Sequence record: NC_027356.1
DNA length: 64,000 nucleotides
Source of the DNA: Escherichia phage DT57C
Strand: one strand, 5' to 3'
Shown: piece by piece, positions 41,667-52,427 of the stretch
Layout of the letters: every line of letters starts with the position of its first letter
How positions within the stretch are numbered: position 1 is the stretch's first letter
Program-made: the position numbers and the translations under genes
The notes under the pieces: model-generated
The model's database searches: none
Seen by the model: the letters and a program-made list of their open reading frames with translations, nothing else
What the model was told of the DNA's origin: nothing

Positions 41667-42024
41667 ACGCAGCAGAGTTCTGCATAAGCATTACAGCATT
41701 ATCACGACTAAAGGGAACTTCAGTAGTAGGATCAGCATCTGTTTCAATCAGCATCAGCTTTTCAACGTCGCCTACAGTCAAACCAGTCCAACCTTTAATT
41801 GCAGCATCAACGAAAGCTTCAATAAACTTATCGTCATCCTGTACTTGAATTAGGGTACCATTAACCCATTCATCACGTTTGGCAGAAGAGATAACACGCT
41901 TAGAAGTAGCACGAGACATATAGTTAAGCTCTAGCTTAAAGTTTGGCATACCTGGGTATGAAAGAGTAACAGTACGGGTATCAAGAGTAATATCTTTTAA
42001 GTTAATCATTTTTAATTTCTCCAA
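41605..42024 (-). CDS. tail assembly chaperone
   Basis: 139 aa; between tail tube and tape-measure genes; overlapped by an alternative-frame ORF. Confidence 0.55.
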   Translation of the reverse strand: MEKLKMINLKDITLDTRTVTLSYPGMPNFKLELNYMSRATSKRVISSAKRDEWVNGTLIQVQDDDKFIEAFVDAAIKGWTGLTVGDVEKLMLIETDADPTTEVPFSRDNAVMLMQNSAAFDSWINQTVFHLDTFRSSKA

Positions 42025-42904
42025 AGAAATCTATTCTCACAGGGTCTGAAGAAGCAGTAGGTATAATATCCCACTCAACTTTATACACATCTGAGAAATT
42101 TAGGCGTTTTGAAATACGTGCTAAAGGAAAATCTATAGAAATATTATTATTTCTTATATTTAAAGGTACATCGGTTTCTGGTTCAATATTGTAAACCATA
42201 TCTCCAGCAAAACGTTTTAAGTAGTATAGGGAAATGGTTGCTGAAGCATTCATTTCATTTACATAGGCTCTTTTATTATTATAGATTTTATTTATATCAA
42301 AAACACTCTTATCTTCTCTCCAGGAGCATTGCTGTTGAAAAGATAAAGAAGCGGAAATAAGACCAGGTAAAATGTTACCATTAGTAGAAACTATTACCGG
42401 GCTATAGGACATTGCTTCACCCTGTATAATAGAAGCTGCTTCTCTATATGTAGATACTTCGGAAAATTTCCCTGATTCGATACCAACGTTAAGAATTGGT
42501 ATATTCTTATCCAAAGAAAAATCTACAGTAGATACATAGCAGTTCTCAAAATATACACAGTTATTATCTTTATTTACTATATAGATATTAAACATAATAG
42601 GTTCAATATTGTTACTATATAGTGGTAGTAAGAAAGTATTACCTTTTCTATCAAAACCTAGCCATTCAAAAAAGTTAGCTTCAGTAAGTGTATTACTAAA
42701 ATTTATTGCTAGAGAGATAGAAGAAGGAGTTTGAGCATTTATAACAGAGTCTGCATAGTTAGTTCTACGATGAATAGTCCTACGAAGAGTCTTAAATTCT
42801 TCGTAGGAGGTTTGTACATCGTAGTTTGATAGGGCATCAAAATGAAATGCCCTACCATCATACTCAACTATAACCTTTGACTCTCGCATTAGAGAGTAGT
42901 ACAT
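42002..42904 (-). CDS. tail structural protein (T5 p140-like)
   Basis: 300 aa; directly downstream of the tail tube gene. Confidence 0.5.
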   Translation of the reverse strand: MYYSLMRESKVIVEYDGRAFHFDALSNYDVQTSYEEFKTLRRTIHRRTNYADSVINAQTPSSISLAINFSNTLTEANFFEWLGFDRKGNTFLLPLYSNNIEPIMFNIYIVNKDNNCVYFENCYVSTVDFSLDKNIPILNVGIESGKFSEVSTYREAASIIQGEAMSYSPVIVSTNGNILPGLISASLSFQQQCSWREDKSVFDINKIYNNKRAYVNEMNASATISLYYLKRFAGDMVYNIEPETDVPLNIRNNNISIDFPLARISKRLNFSDVYKVEWDIIPTASSDPVRIDFFGEIKND

Positions 42905-42908
42905 TTAT

Positions 42909-44315
42909 TTATTCACCAGCACTAACTGTGATAGTTTTAGTACCTTCTACACCAGAACCGTCTTTAGCTACAGCCTTCACAATAACTTCGCCCGTTTTAG
43001 AAACATCAGCAGTTAATAGTCCAGATTCGGCATCAATCGTAGCGGCATCACCACTAGAAATAGACCAAGTCACAGCCGTATTAGTAGCTTCTGGAGGGGT
43101 TACCTCAACAGACATCTGCAAAGTATCACTATTTGTTACAGAAGTAGCATCAGCAGCAGATTTAACTGTGATTGATTCGACCAGTATTGGTGGAGTTTCA
43201 GCACCATCCCCCGTAGCAATCAGATTAGCCACAGTAGTTTTTGTATACTTGTTAGAAAATCCAAGATAACCTTCGTCACCAGTATCCAAATCTGTAGGAA
43301 TAGCCTTAAACTCTACTGAAGTACCAAGTACATCATCAGTCTCAATAGTAGGAATGTTAACGTGCGCCTGTTTAGCAACTAACACAGCTGCCGGACGTTC
43401 ATCATCATATTCACCACCAAGGATAAGTGCAATCTCAAAACGGTTAACTACCTTAAGGGTTCTGACAAGATCTTTGTACAGTTCCATGGAACCAAGAGAC
43501 TTATCATTAAGGTATGCTGTCAAAGAACCCGTTAACTCAAACGCACCCGTAAATGAGCCGATTGGAATATTTACACGTGACATAATATTCGGGGTTAGGT
43601 ACGTGATGTTGTTATTAATGGTAAAAGTACCACCAGTAATAGGAATATCATATTCCTTATCAGAATCCATATCCTTAATTTTTAGGATAGTTAACTTGTT
43701 CTTAATGTAAGAACTCTGAATAGTCATATAGGTTTCATCATCAATACCTAGTGCATCTGGATCAAATGGTTGCTCATCCAGTGGGATTAGCTGATTACCA
43801 TTACCAGACCAAGTTACACGACCAATATCTTCAATATCAACGTTAACTTCTGCCTGGTTGATCTGGCAAGAGTCGATGTAACTCCACGCATTGTCAGTTA
43901 GAATGTAAATATGCAGCATAGCCAGTTCGTGATATGCGTTATCTTTGAAGTTAACCATGAAGTTAGTAGCATTATTATGTGCTCCAGTATCTCCATCAAG
44001 GTCAATAGCTTTACCACTAGAAAGTGCATGCCATAACATATAGTCAGGAACAATTTGTTTGCCAGTAGTTGTATCCTCGTATGGTAGGATATAGGTGGAA
44101 AAGCTCCACTCAGCCGCGTTCAAGGAATCGTTAAAACGTTTAGAACCACGAGTAGGACGCGGACCAGCTTCGTTAACAGTAATATCTGTTGAGTTACTGT
44201 CCTGACCCCAAGAAATATCATCCTGAACTAGAATCTCTTGCGTGTTGGTCGTATCGTGACCAGTCTTAACCGTAGACACGAAGATTCGAGTATTACGTAA
44301 TAGTTGTAAAGACAT
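42909..44315 (-). CDS. tail tube protein (pb6-like) with C-terminal Ig-like domain
   Basis: 468 aa; C-terminal Ig-like segment (TVKSAADATSVTNSDTLQMSVEVTPPEATNTAVTWSISSGDAATID). Confidence 0.75.
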   Translation of the reverse strand: MSLQLLRNTRIFVSTVKTGHDTTNTQEILVQDDISWGQDSNSTDITVNEAGPRPTRGSKRFNDSLNAAEWSFSTYILPYEDTTTGKQIVPDYMLWHALSSGKAIDLDGDTGAHNNATNFMVNFKDNAYHELAMLHIYILTDNAWSYIDSCQINQAEVNVDIEDIGRVTWSGNGNQLIPLDEQPFDPDALGIDDETYMTIQSSYIKNKLTILKIKDMDSDKEYDIPITGGTFTINNNITYLTPNIMSRVNIPIGSFTGAFELTGSLTAYLNDKSLGSMELYKDLVRTLKVVNRFEIALILGGEYDDERPAAVLVAKQAHVNIPTIETDDVLGTSVEFKAIPTDLDTGDEGYLGFSNKYTKTTVANLIATGDGAETPPILVESITVKSAADATSVTNSDTLQMSVEVTPPEATNTAVTWSISSGDAATIDAESGLLTADVSKTGEVIVKAVAKDGSGVEGTKTITVSAGE

Positions 44316-44341
44316 TTAATTATTTTCTCCTAATCTGTAAC

Positions 44342-44827
44342 TTATCTGCGAAGTGACCTACGTGGAGGCTGATACCTCACTGTTACATTTATTTCTGCTA
44401 AACCATATGGGGCCAGTAGACCCTCATCTGTACTAACTGATGTAATGCTCATATCAGTCGCCTCACATGGGAAGGTCGATCCATTAGGTTTACTAACAGT
44501 ATATTCTAAATTTCCACCTGTGTCAATAACGGTTTTTATATCCGCTACGAGTTTTTCAAGCTGCTCTTGAATGTCTGTTTTCTCTTTATCATAGACCAGA
44601 ATTGGAAGTTCTAAAAACATCCACTGTTGACCTGAAGGAAGATACTGCCCAGTTTCAGTTCCGATATGAACTGCAACATAAGGAAACTCTCGTATCTCCT
44701 CAAACTTATAAGTTTGACGTGAGACGTTTCCATACAAGTTATTAAAATATTCATCTGGTTGAGAGCCATCCATTTGTTGGGCTATTCGGTCAACCAGAGC
44801 TTGCGCTATACTTGTTCTGTGATCCAT
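44342..44827 (-). CDS. putative tail terminator / tail completion protein
   Basis: 161 aa; position between head-completion genes and tail tube gene. Confidence 0.45.
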   Translation of the reverse strand: MDHRTSIAQALVDRIAQQMDGSQPDEYFNNLYGNVSRQTYKFEEIREFPYVAVHIGTETGQYLPSGQQWMFLELPILVYDKEKTDIQEQLEKLVADIKTVIDTGGNLEYTVSKPNGSTFPCEATDMSITSVSTDEGLLAPYGLAEINVTVRYQPPRRSLRR

Positions 44828-44830
44828 TTA

Positions 44831-45598
44831 TTAGGTCCCTTGATTAACCTTAATTTTGTATCTGGAGTGAATTAAGTCTCTTGCAGCTTTAGCTATCGCC
44901 TCTCCAATTAGTCTTTGAGGGTTTCTAGCACCTGGGTAGGGTCGTAATGACAATCTTCGATATGTAGATACAGCAGGATTAAATACTGAATATGGACGTA
45001 CCATATAATTATATGTAACATTTAATTCAGGAGCACCTTTGCTAGTTCCAGCATCTCTAAGCATAACATCTTTAACTTTTAGAGAATTTGCAAAACGACC
45101 TGTTCTAAATTTAAGTGGAGCTCCTGCTTTTTTCATATCCTTTATTAAGTATTCTTTGGCAACCAACTCCAGAATAACCTTCATATTACTATTTGATACA
45201 AAACGACCAGAAGCCCCTGATACTGCACCTGAGTATCCATCCTCAACATCACTAGGATCACCAAAGTTTACCTGCACTCTACCAGTAGAGCGTTTTTTAC
45301 CTACAGAAGATTTCTTGCCTGCGGTTGATTGAATAAGGCTTTCTAAAGCCCCTAGATCTCCTGTCAGGTCTAAGCTAGAAGAAACTGCTTTTAGAATAGA
45401 GGCTGTCCTAACACTAAGGAGATCCTGTGATACCGGTTTTGAGAATTTAAAAGATACTTGAGCAACAGTACCATCTCTAGTAGGATCCTTTAATCCTGTT
45501 TCAACAGAATATACAACAGTATTCTTATTGTTCTCGGAACGCCCAACATTATCTAGCTGCTCTTTAATAATTCGTGTAGCTAAATCAGAAAGAGACAT
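44831..45598 (-). CDS. putative neck / head-tail joining protein
   Basis: 255 aa; synteny only. Confidence 0.4.
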   Translation of the reverse strand: MSLSDLATRIIKEQLDNVGRSENNKNTVVYSVETGLKDPTRDGTVAQVSFKFSKPVSQDLLSVRTASILKAVSSSLDLTGDLGALESLIQSTAGKKSSVGKKRSTGRVQVNFGDPSDVEDGYSGAVSGASGRFVSNSNMKVILELVAKEYLIKDMKKAGAPLKFRTGRFANSLKVKDVMLRDAGTSKGAPELNVTYNYMVRPYSVFNPAVSTYRRLSLRPYPGARNPQRLIGEAIAKAARDLIHSRYKIKVNQGT

Positions 45599-46110
45599 TA
45601 TACTCTCCTGTAAACTTCAATAATAGTACGAATATGCTCTGGAATACCAGACTTAGTATTATTAAAAGTAACTGTTTCTCCGCCAATTGTTTTAGCTTGA
45701 CGGTAATCCTGTTTATGCCAGTGATCTACTAACATACATGCTGCAAGTTTGAGATCTTCAGGAATTGGGTTAAATCCACCTTGTGTGTACTCTACATCCA
45801 TATAACCTTCTGGGGGACTAAATTTAAGAAGTATAACCCCATCAGAGTATAACTTATACTGTTCGGGATCTATCTCCTTATCATTAATAGTCATTTTAGT
45901 TACTGAAGTAGCTGAGGGAGAACTTAAAAAGTATTTTTTACGAGTAGGTTTTGTATTGATTAACTGGTCTACCGCATCAGCATCATCCATACCTAAAAGG
46001 CTAGTAATCAGCGCATTGGCAGCAGTAATCATCATCTCTACTCCAGATTCTAGTTCAGGTCGTTTTAAACCACCGTATAATCTATAGTCTTCAGCTGTGA
46101 TGATTTGCAT
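45598..46110 (-). CDS. putative head completion / adaptor protein
   Basis: 170 aa; synteny only. Confidence 0.4.
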   Translation of the reverse strand: MQIITAEDYRLYGGLKRPELESGVEMMITAANALITSLLGMDDADAVDQLINTKPTRKKYFLSSPSATSVTKMTINDKEIDPEQYKLYSDGVILLKFSPPEGYMDVEYTQGGFNPIPEDLKLAACMLVDHWHKQDYRQAKTIGGETVTFNNTKSGIPEHIRTIIEVYRRV

Positions 46111-46121
46111 TTATTTTTCCT

Positions 46122-46153
46122 AATAATAAAAAAAGGAGAGCCGAAGCTCTCCT
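46122..46153 (-). terminator. rho-independent terminator after major capsid gene
   Basis: AGGAGAG/CTCTCCT stem followed by a long T-run on the minus strand. Confidence 0.7.
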
Positions 46154-46173
46154 TATCGGCTGAAAAGCCTGTA

Positions 46174-47550
46174 TTAAGATGCAGCGTAAGCACCGGATAC
46201 AACGCCGTTCTCGAAGTAACGTTGCAGGTTAACACGCTGAGTAACGTAGTATGCGTCACGCTGTTTGCCAGCTTGGCGCTCACGTTCAACAGTAACAGCA
46301 CGCTGACGTGGCATCACGAAGTTATCTTTATAAACAATAACTGCGAACTCTTTACCAGCTGCTTTAGCTGGGAAGTACTCAGAAACTACAACCGGCAGAC
46401 CATAAATACGACCAACCTGACCCTGCAGTTTAACAGCATCATTACCAACCTGAGCAACATCCTGCCATTCTTCATCTTCCAGCAGATCGTAGTAAGCATC
46501 CATAGATACAATCAGTACCAGTTTGGACAGTTTCAGACCATGACGGCCCAGCTTACGACGCAGTTTAGAGATAGTTTTAGCAGTTACCAGAACAGAACCA
46601 TCAGCTTTAGCTTCGGTAGTAACTTTAGCACTATCTTCACTAGCAAGAGTCAGCAGACCTTTCGGCTTACCAGAACCATCACCAGTCATGAAGGCTTCTT
46701 CAATAGAAACAGCGTGTGCTTCAATTAGACGCTTACGAAGCAGTGGCAGCAGGGAGAAGATTGCATCTTCTTCAGTTTCATCAGTAATGAAGGATTTAGC
46801 AGCCAGTTTGTAAGTACTGAAGTGGATTTCTGTAAGAGCGCCTGTAACTTCGCTACCAGTAGTATTGTCACTACCATAAGCAGAAGCAGCAACCCAAGTA
46901 GCTCTACCAGCATCCGGTTCAACCAACATAGTAAGAATCTTACTGGACATCGGCAGTTCTTCGAACAGTGCGCCAACTACTAGCTCTTTCTGCAGGTCAC
47001 GGATAATACGCTGAGAGAAAATAGTTTCATAGCTTTCACTAGAAACTTCTACAGAAGAGGACTGATTCACTGCTTTCAGGTGTTTTTGACCGTGTTCGGT
47101 TTCGAATACGCCTTTTTCCATTACATAGGACAACAGAACCAGTTTTTCTACTTCGTCTTCAAAGGTTTCCTGAGTACCGTACAGTGCTTTAGCAACACTA
47201 TCACCAACGAAGGAACGACCTTCACGAGCTGTTAGCAGAGACTTAATTTCGTCCTGAAGACCAACAATAGTTTCCTGTTGTTTTTCTACAGTTTGTGCAA
47301 ACAGTTCTGCACTCTTCTTAGATTTCTCATCCAGAGACTTAACCAGTTCCAGAGCTTGTTCCAGTTTCTGACGATCTTCGCCAACTGCTTTAGAAACCAG
47401 GGCATTCATACGAGCCAGTTCTTTTTCTTCCTGCTCTTTACGCATACGTTCAGCTTCCTGAGCTTTCTGAGCAGCGGTCAGACCTTCCAGAGATTTAGCC
47501 AGATCACCCAGACCAAGTTCTTCTTTCAGCTTATTAATATCAATAGTCAT
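46174..47550 (-). CDS. major capsid protein (pb8-like, HK97 fold)
   Basis: 458 aa, the size of T5 pb8; high-expression codon usage; downstream of protease; strong terminator after it. Confidence 0.85.
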   Translation of the reverse strand: MTIDINKLKEELGLGDLAKSLEGLTAAQKAQEAERMRKEQEEKELARMNALVSKAVGEDRQKLEQALELVKSLDEKSKKSAELFAQTVEKQQETIVGLQDEIKSLLTAREGRSFVGDSVAKALYGTQETFEDEVEKLVLLSYVMEKGVFETEHGQKHLKAVNQSSSVEVSSESYETIFSQRIIRDLQKELVVGALFEELPMSSKILTMLVEPDAGRATWVAASAYGSDNTTGSEVTGALTEIHFSTYKLAAKSFITDETEEDAIFSLLPLLRKRLIEAHAVSIEEAFMTGDGSGKPKGLLTLASEDSAKVTTEAKADGSVLVTAKTISKLRRKLGRHGLKLSKLVLIVSMDAYYDLLEDEEWQDVAQVGNDAVKLQGQVGRIYGLPVVVSEYFPAKAAGKEFAVIVYKDNFVMPRQRAVTVERERQAGKQRDAYYVTQRVNLQRYFENGVVSGAYAAS

Positions 47551-47567
47551 TTTTAAATAATTCTCCG

Positions 47568-48200
47568 TTATTCTTTAACGTAGCCTAAAGCTATCGCAAG
47601 TTTTTCTAGTTCAGAAAGATTACGTTCTTGAGCTGGGACAGCTTTAGAACTTATTGCAGTAAAAGATTTACGCCATTCAGTATAATCATGACCATTCATG
47701 CTCTTAGCGAGATTGAATGTTGAGTCCTGATTACAAGGTACAGAAACTACCGAAACTTCGTATAGTTCTAAATCTTTAATAATAAATATATCAGTAGCTT
47801 CATCCCACTCTGCATCTAGGCAGCGGAATCCGATACTAAAAGTTTTCAGTACACCGTTTTTAATTAGTGAAAAGATAGCTGGGTCAGAACTTTCATAGAT
47901 CTCACATTCAATTTCGAGACCCATTTCAGTAGGGTTAAGATCAATACACTTACCGATTGGACGACGATGATCGTGTCCGAAAAGAATAATCGGGTTTTTC
48001 ATGTAGTTAGTAAGTGCATTAGACGTTTTCCATGCAGAAGCAGGAATTACATCGCCAGCGCGATCTTTACTAATTGTATTAGCGAATCCACGGATTTTTA
48101 CAACGCCCTCTTTGGATTCGCTATCAATAGATTTAATATAAGCATCTAAATGAACGGGTGCTGATTTTAACTTGTTATAGTCAATAGCAGCTTGTGTCAT
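47568..48200 (-). CDS. prohead protease (pb11-like, HK97-type)
   Basis: 210 aa; between portal and capsid genes; FGHDH and SIGF segments. Confidence 0.75.
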   Translation of the reverse strand: MTQAAIDYNKLKSAPVHLDAYIKSIDSESKEGVVKIRGFANTISKDRAGDVIPASAWKTSNALTNYMKNPIILFGHDHRRPIGKCIDLNPTEMGLEIECEIYESSDPAIFSLIKNGVLKTFSIGFRCLDAEWDEATDIFIIKDLELYEVSVVSVPCNQDSTFNLAKSMNGHDYTEWRKSFTAISSKAVPAQERNLSELEKLAIALGYVKE

Positions 48201-48203
48201 TTA

Positions 48204-48941
48204 TTATTCTCCAGGAACAGTAGGATTAACTGTCACAGCACATGTAGTAGAGTCCTTGCTTACTTGCTTACTATCTGTTACAGTTACTTTATAAGAGCCG
48301 GCATCCTCAGCTGCTGCTGCAGGCTTAGTATAGGTAGCTTCTGAAGCATCCGGAATAGGAGAACCATCTTTAGTCCATGCATAAGTATATGGACCAGTAC
48401 CACCAGTTGCAGTAACAGAAAGTGTTAATGCTGCTCCCTCTTCGACTGACATGCTAGCAGCTAAATCTGTAGAAAGAGTTAATGGTGGAATAACCGTAGT
48501 CACACACTCAACAGACGTTATACTAGCTTGTTTACTATCAGTAACTACTACTTTATAAGTACCAGCGTCTTCCGCAGCTGCTGTAGCTTTAGTAAAGTTA
48601 GGTCCTGATGCTTCTAGAGGAGAACCATCCTTAGTCCAAGCATACGTATATGGAGCTGTACCGCCACTAACTGTTACGCTTAGATTAATTGCCGCTCCAG
48701 TATCAACTGCCAGAGTGCTATCTAGATCCTTAGTAAAAGCCAGAGGAGGAAATGCTTTATCATAAGCCTCTACAAATTTCTTCCATACTTTACGGTTAGT
48801 ATGCGCAGATGAAAGTCCTAGTTCTCTACGCAGAAAAGCATAGCTAGGAACATATTCATGCGCAGCGACCGTAGCAAAGAAGATATGAGATTCTGGCAGT
48901 TTTTCACCAAAAATGGTCTTTAGACCATTATAATCAATCAT
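48204..48941 (-). CDS. Ig-like domain protein, probable capsid decoration protein (pb10-like) with duplicated Ig domain
   Basis: two copies of an Ig-like repeat (SVTVSGGTAPYTYAWTKDGSPL and SVTATGGTGPYTYAWTKDGSPI). Confidence 0.55.
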   Translation of the reverse strand: MIDYNGLKTIFGEKLPESHIFFATVAAHEYVPSYAFLRRELGLSSAHTNRKVWKKFVEAYDKAFPPLAFTKDLDSTLAVDTGAAINLSVTVSGGTAPYTYAWTKDGSPLEASGPNFTKATAAAEDAGTYKVVVTDSKQASITSVECVTTVIPPLTLSTDLAASMSVEEGAALTLSVTATGGTGPYTYAWTKDGSPIPDASEATYTKPAAAAEDAGSYKVTVTDSKQVSKDSTTCAVTVNPTVPGE

Positions 48942-50155
48942 TCTTTATCTCCCTCGGTGGAACCTTGAGGTCTACCACCTTCTTGACCAGATACACCTGT
49001 TGCAGAACCAGCAACGTTAGCAGGAATACGAATCCTATTCATCTGCTCATCATCTAAAGGTTCAAGGTTCAGCTCTAAACGAGCTTCGTTACCAGTCATA
49101 ATACCATTATTAACCAATGAGGTTAAATGTTTAGCCTCAGCTTCTTTATCTGGTGTTAATGCAGCTACCTCCTTAGTATTAGGGGTAATCTTATAACCAA
49201 AAAAGAAAGTAAGAGAACTAGTCAGTTTGTTCAGCATAGGAATGATAGTCATATAGTAGAACAATTCGATGTTTGGTCGAATATTCGCATTATTACCACC
49301 ATCAATCAGTACTTGCGGAACACCAAAGGCTAGACAGATAGATTTATTAAATCCTGCGATGTCTTCCTTAAAGTCTAGATCTTTAAAAGAGGATATTTGG
49401 GAGTACGGTTTAGCTTTCATACCACCATCTAGAATCAGGACAGAAGACTGACCCGTACTAGGATTATAATCGAGTTGTAATTCTTCTTGTTTACGCTCAC
49501 GCAATTTCTTGTTCAGGATTTCATCCGTTTCAAGAATAAGACCAATCACGGTTCCGTTATCTAGGAACTTCTCTTTAAAGTTAAGCATTTTAGAACGCTT
49601 CTCAAGAGAGTCAATAACAGTAGCAACACGAGATTGTCCAGAAATTTGAGAATTTGTGCCACACACGTAACTGTTATCCTTTATAAAGATAATCTCATCT
49701 ACGCGATAGTTTATCTGATTATTAAATATAAATTTTTTGATAAACTTATTGGCATCTGCCTCGACCTGCATGAGAGCGGCCGGGACATGGTAAAGCGATG
49801 TGCCATCCCAATAGATGTATGCACAACCCTCAAAAAGTAGGTCAGTGACTACAAGTCTACGGAATGTGCTTATATCCATGAATGGATTAGGTCGTACATT
49901 TAAGAGAGTGTCTAGAGTCTTTGTTTTGACGCCATTAGCGTACGTAACAATATTATATTTATCTCCGACAGTATAAGAACACTCCGCCGCACTATCTATA
50001 ACCATATTGGCAGTTCGATTGAGAATCTCAATCTTGCTATAGGCTTGTCCAGTGGTAAAAGGCTTACGGTTAGTGCGATGACTAACTGGTTCCATGTCTC
50101 TTATAATACGTTGACCCGGATTTAGCTTTTCAGTAATCCAGCTTTTAAAACCCAT
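48938..50155 (-). CDS. portal protein (pb7-like)
   Basis: 405 aa; adjacent to protease and capsid genes. Confidence 0.75.
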   Translation of the reverse strand: MGFKSWITEKLNPGQRIIRDMEPVSHRTNRKPFTTGQAYSKIEILNRTANMVIDSAAECSYTVGDKYNIVTYANGVKTKTLDTLLNVRPNPFMDISTFRRLVVTDLLFEGCAYIYWDGTSLYHVPAALMQVEADANKFIKKFIFNNQINYRVDEIIFIKDNSYVCGTNSQISGQSRVATVIDSLEKRSKMLNFKEKFLDNGTVIGLILETDEILNKKLRERKQEELQLDYNPSTGQSSVLILDGGMKAKPYSQISSFKDLDFKEDIAGFNKSICLAFGVPQVLIDGGNNANIRPNIELFYYMTIIPMLNKLTSSLTFFFGYKITPNTKEVAALTPDKEAEAKHLTSLVNNGIMTGNEARLELNLEPLDDEQMNRIRIPANVAGSATGVSGQEGGRPQGSTEGDKE

Positions 50156-50607
50156 TATAAGAACCTTGCGAATCCTGATTTTGTTTCAGTCTTGACTTGT
50201 GTCTTTTCTTGAGGATTCTGTAATTTGTCTTTCTGCTTTTGAACCCATGCTTTCTGTTTATCAGCAGAAAATAATGGAGGTTCTTTCGTGTAAACCTTAT
50301 GTAATAGTTGGTGATGGTGCTGGCACAATGTTACCACGTCCCTAACTAACTCATGCTCATATTTCTTGTAGAATGCTTCCCTATTTGAAAGGACGATATT
50401 CTCATCAGTGAAATCCAGCTGGAGTTCTTTAGCAAATTTTTTTATTAGCTGAGATATAGTATGATAATGGTGAAGTTCTAGGTCTTCACTACTACCACAT
50501 ATAGCACAGCAACCATCCTTACTATACCTAGATTTTATACCATCCCTCATTATAGAGATGGCATCACGTTTGTACTTAGTATTAGTGGCCATAATCCCCC
50601 AATCCAA
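50155..50607 (-). CDS. HNH-like endonuclease
   Basis: CCAICGSSEDLELHHYH...N...CQHHHQLLH fits a zinc-bound HNH fold; located beside terminase. Confidence 0.5.
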   Translation of the reverse strand: MDWGIMATNTKYKRDAISIMRDGIKSRYSKDGCCAICGSSEDLELHHYHTISQLIKKFAKELQLDFTDENIVLSNREAFYKKYEHELVRDVVTLCQHHHQLLHKVYTKEPPLFSADKQKAWVQKQKDKLQNPQEKTQVKTETKSGFARFL

Positions 50608-51110
50608 AGCTACTTAGAAAGATTACTATATCCTCTAGGGCAACATTGAGATTCCATCTAATGTGGTATAGCATATATGACCCTTATTGTGTTATAGATG
50701 TAGTTTTTATTATTATAGTTATTTAATAGCACATACTCTATTCTGGGTATTTTGGCTTTAATAGCTACATCTAGTGATATAGTGTAGAGGTGTAATGTGG
50801 TGTTGCTTCCCAAACGTGTGCTCTCTGGCATTTAAATACTGTTTTTGTACGTTGGTTTACATATTCACCGACAATTTGGATTCCACGATCAGCTAATCTA
50901 ATATTTATATCTTTTATTGTTAGCTTTTGTCGACCCGTAGAATCTCCTACACCTCATGTAGAGCATTAATTTTTTCTTGTTTACGTTCTATTATGGGAGA
51001 AGTTCTCCCGATCAATGAATATAGTATACATAATCGTATCGAATTTGTAAAGGGGATTTTAAAATACAGGAATGGGATACCAACTGAGTAGTATCCCATC
51101 CTATACTTAT

Positions 51111-52427
51111 TTATTTACCACGGGAAATAGAGTAAATTCCATAGCGGAGCGCATCACAAAGGTGAGAGTTAGCATCATGACGTGGTCTTTCACGTGATAA
51201 TTTCTCTTCGCCTTCTTGGAAATCCCACTTATAGTTCTGCAATGCATGAATTAAGGAGGAACATGAGGCATCCACAATAATTTTCCCTTGCTGGAATAAC
51301 GCTTGCAAACATGCTAGACCATCTAGGACAGATTTTTTAGCCGGAGCCGACGCGATTTCATGCTCATACGCTAAGTCCTGGCGGAACTGAGCTGCTGCAG
51401 AGTCAACAAAAATACGATCAACTTTATAACGATCTATACAGTGCTGAATATAAGCAGCATGCTGAGCTGTAGTTTTCTCCGCCTGCTGGTACTCTTCTAA
51501 CACATAGTAAGTATCCGTATCGTAATGATATTTAATAGTAAGAACTGCTGTAGGATCACGATAACCAACGTCAATACCAAGCAACGTTTCGAATGCTTCA
51601 TCATCTTTAAAGAAGTGGCGCATACCTTTGAGGTCTTTAACATGATCGATAGCATTGAAAGTATCAAATATCTGGCCTTCGAATACAGAGAAGTCAGCCT
51701 CGTATTCCTGACGGAAGTAGTTTTTACTAACTGTACGACGTGCTTCCTCAATGTCATGCAAGTCAGCACGTGGGTTATCACGATATGTACCATGAATGGA
51801 TACCCAGTTAGGCAACGTATCATCAAATCCGTAGGCGTAAAACTCTTTAAACCAGTTACCTCCACGAGGGGTGGAAATAAATAGAGCCTTAGAATTAGGT
51901 TTATCTAGAGTAGGACGCAGCTGAACCCTGAAGGCATCACCACCCACGTCGGAAATTGCCGCCTCGTCAAAGATGATAAAATCGTATGAACGTCCAACTG
52001 CGGAGTCAGCCTGAGCCGCGGAAGCTAGTTTAAATAGAGAACCATTAGCTAACTCAATCTCTTTATCTTTAGCGTTTTCACGTTCGGTTTGTAGGCCGTA
52101 CTTCTTAATAAGACCACGAATCTGAGACCATCCGATATTAGCCAGTGAATAGTTAGGGGCAACTACTAGCACCTTCACATTAGGTTCCAGCAACTTTAGG
52201 AACCCAAGTGTATATGCTATAAAGGACTTACCTACACGGCGTGATACACACGCCGTTACAAAACGATGTCTAGGGTCTTCTAGCGCATTGATAATAGCTA
52301 TTTGAGGGCCATTAGGTGTAATACCCTCTTGTGCTAGTATTCCGGAAACAGGTAGACGAAAGAAACGTTTATCTACCCCGAAATCAATAACATCTACTGT
52401 ATTAACATAGGGTCTTGATACTTCCAT
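51111..52427 (-). CDS. terminase large subunit
   Basis: 438 aa; Walker A-like VSRRVGKS; Walker B-like FIIFDE; C-terminal nuclease-like acidic residues. Confidence 0.85.
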   Translation of the reverse strand: MEVSRPYVNTVDVIDFGVDKRFFRLPVSGILAQEGITPNGPQIAIINALEDPRHRFVTACVSRRVGKSFIAYTLGFLKLLEPNVKVLVVAPNYSLANIGWSQIRGLIKKYGLQTERENAKDKEIELANGSLFKLASAAQADSAVGRSYDFIIFDEAAISDVGGDAFRVQLRPTLDKPNSKALFISTPRGGNWFKEFYAYGFDDTLPNWVSIHGTYRDNPRADLHDIEEARRTVSKNYFRQEYEADFSVFEGQIFDTFNAIDHVKDLKGMRHFFKDDEAFETLLGIDVGYRDPTAVLTIKYHYDTDTYYVLEEYQQAEKTTAQHAAYIQHCIDRYKVDRIFVDSAAAQFRQDLAYEHEIASAPAKKSVLDGLACLQALFQQGKIIVDASCSSLIHALQNYKWDFQEGEEKLSRERPRHDANSHLCDALRYGIYSISRGK

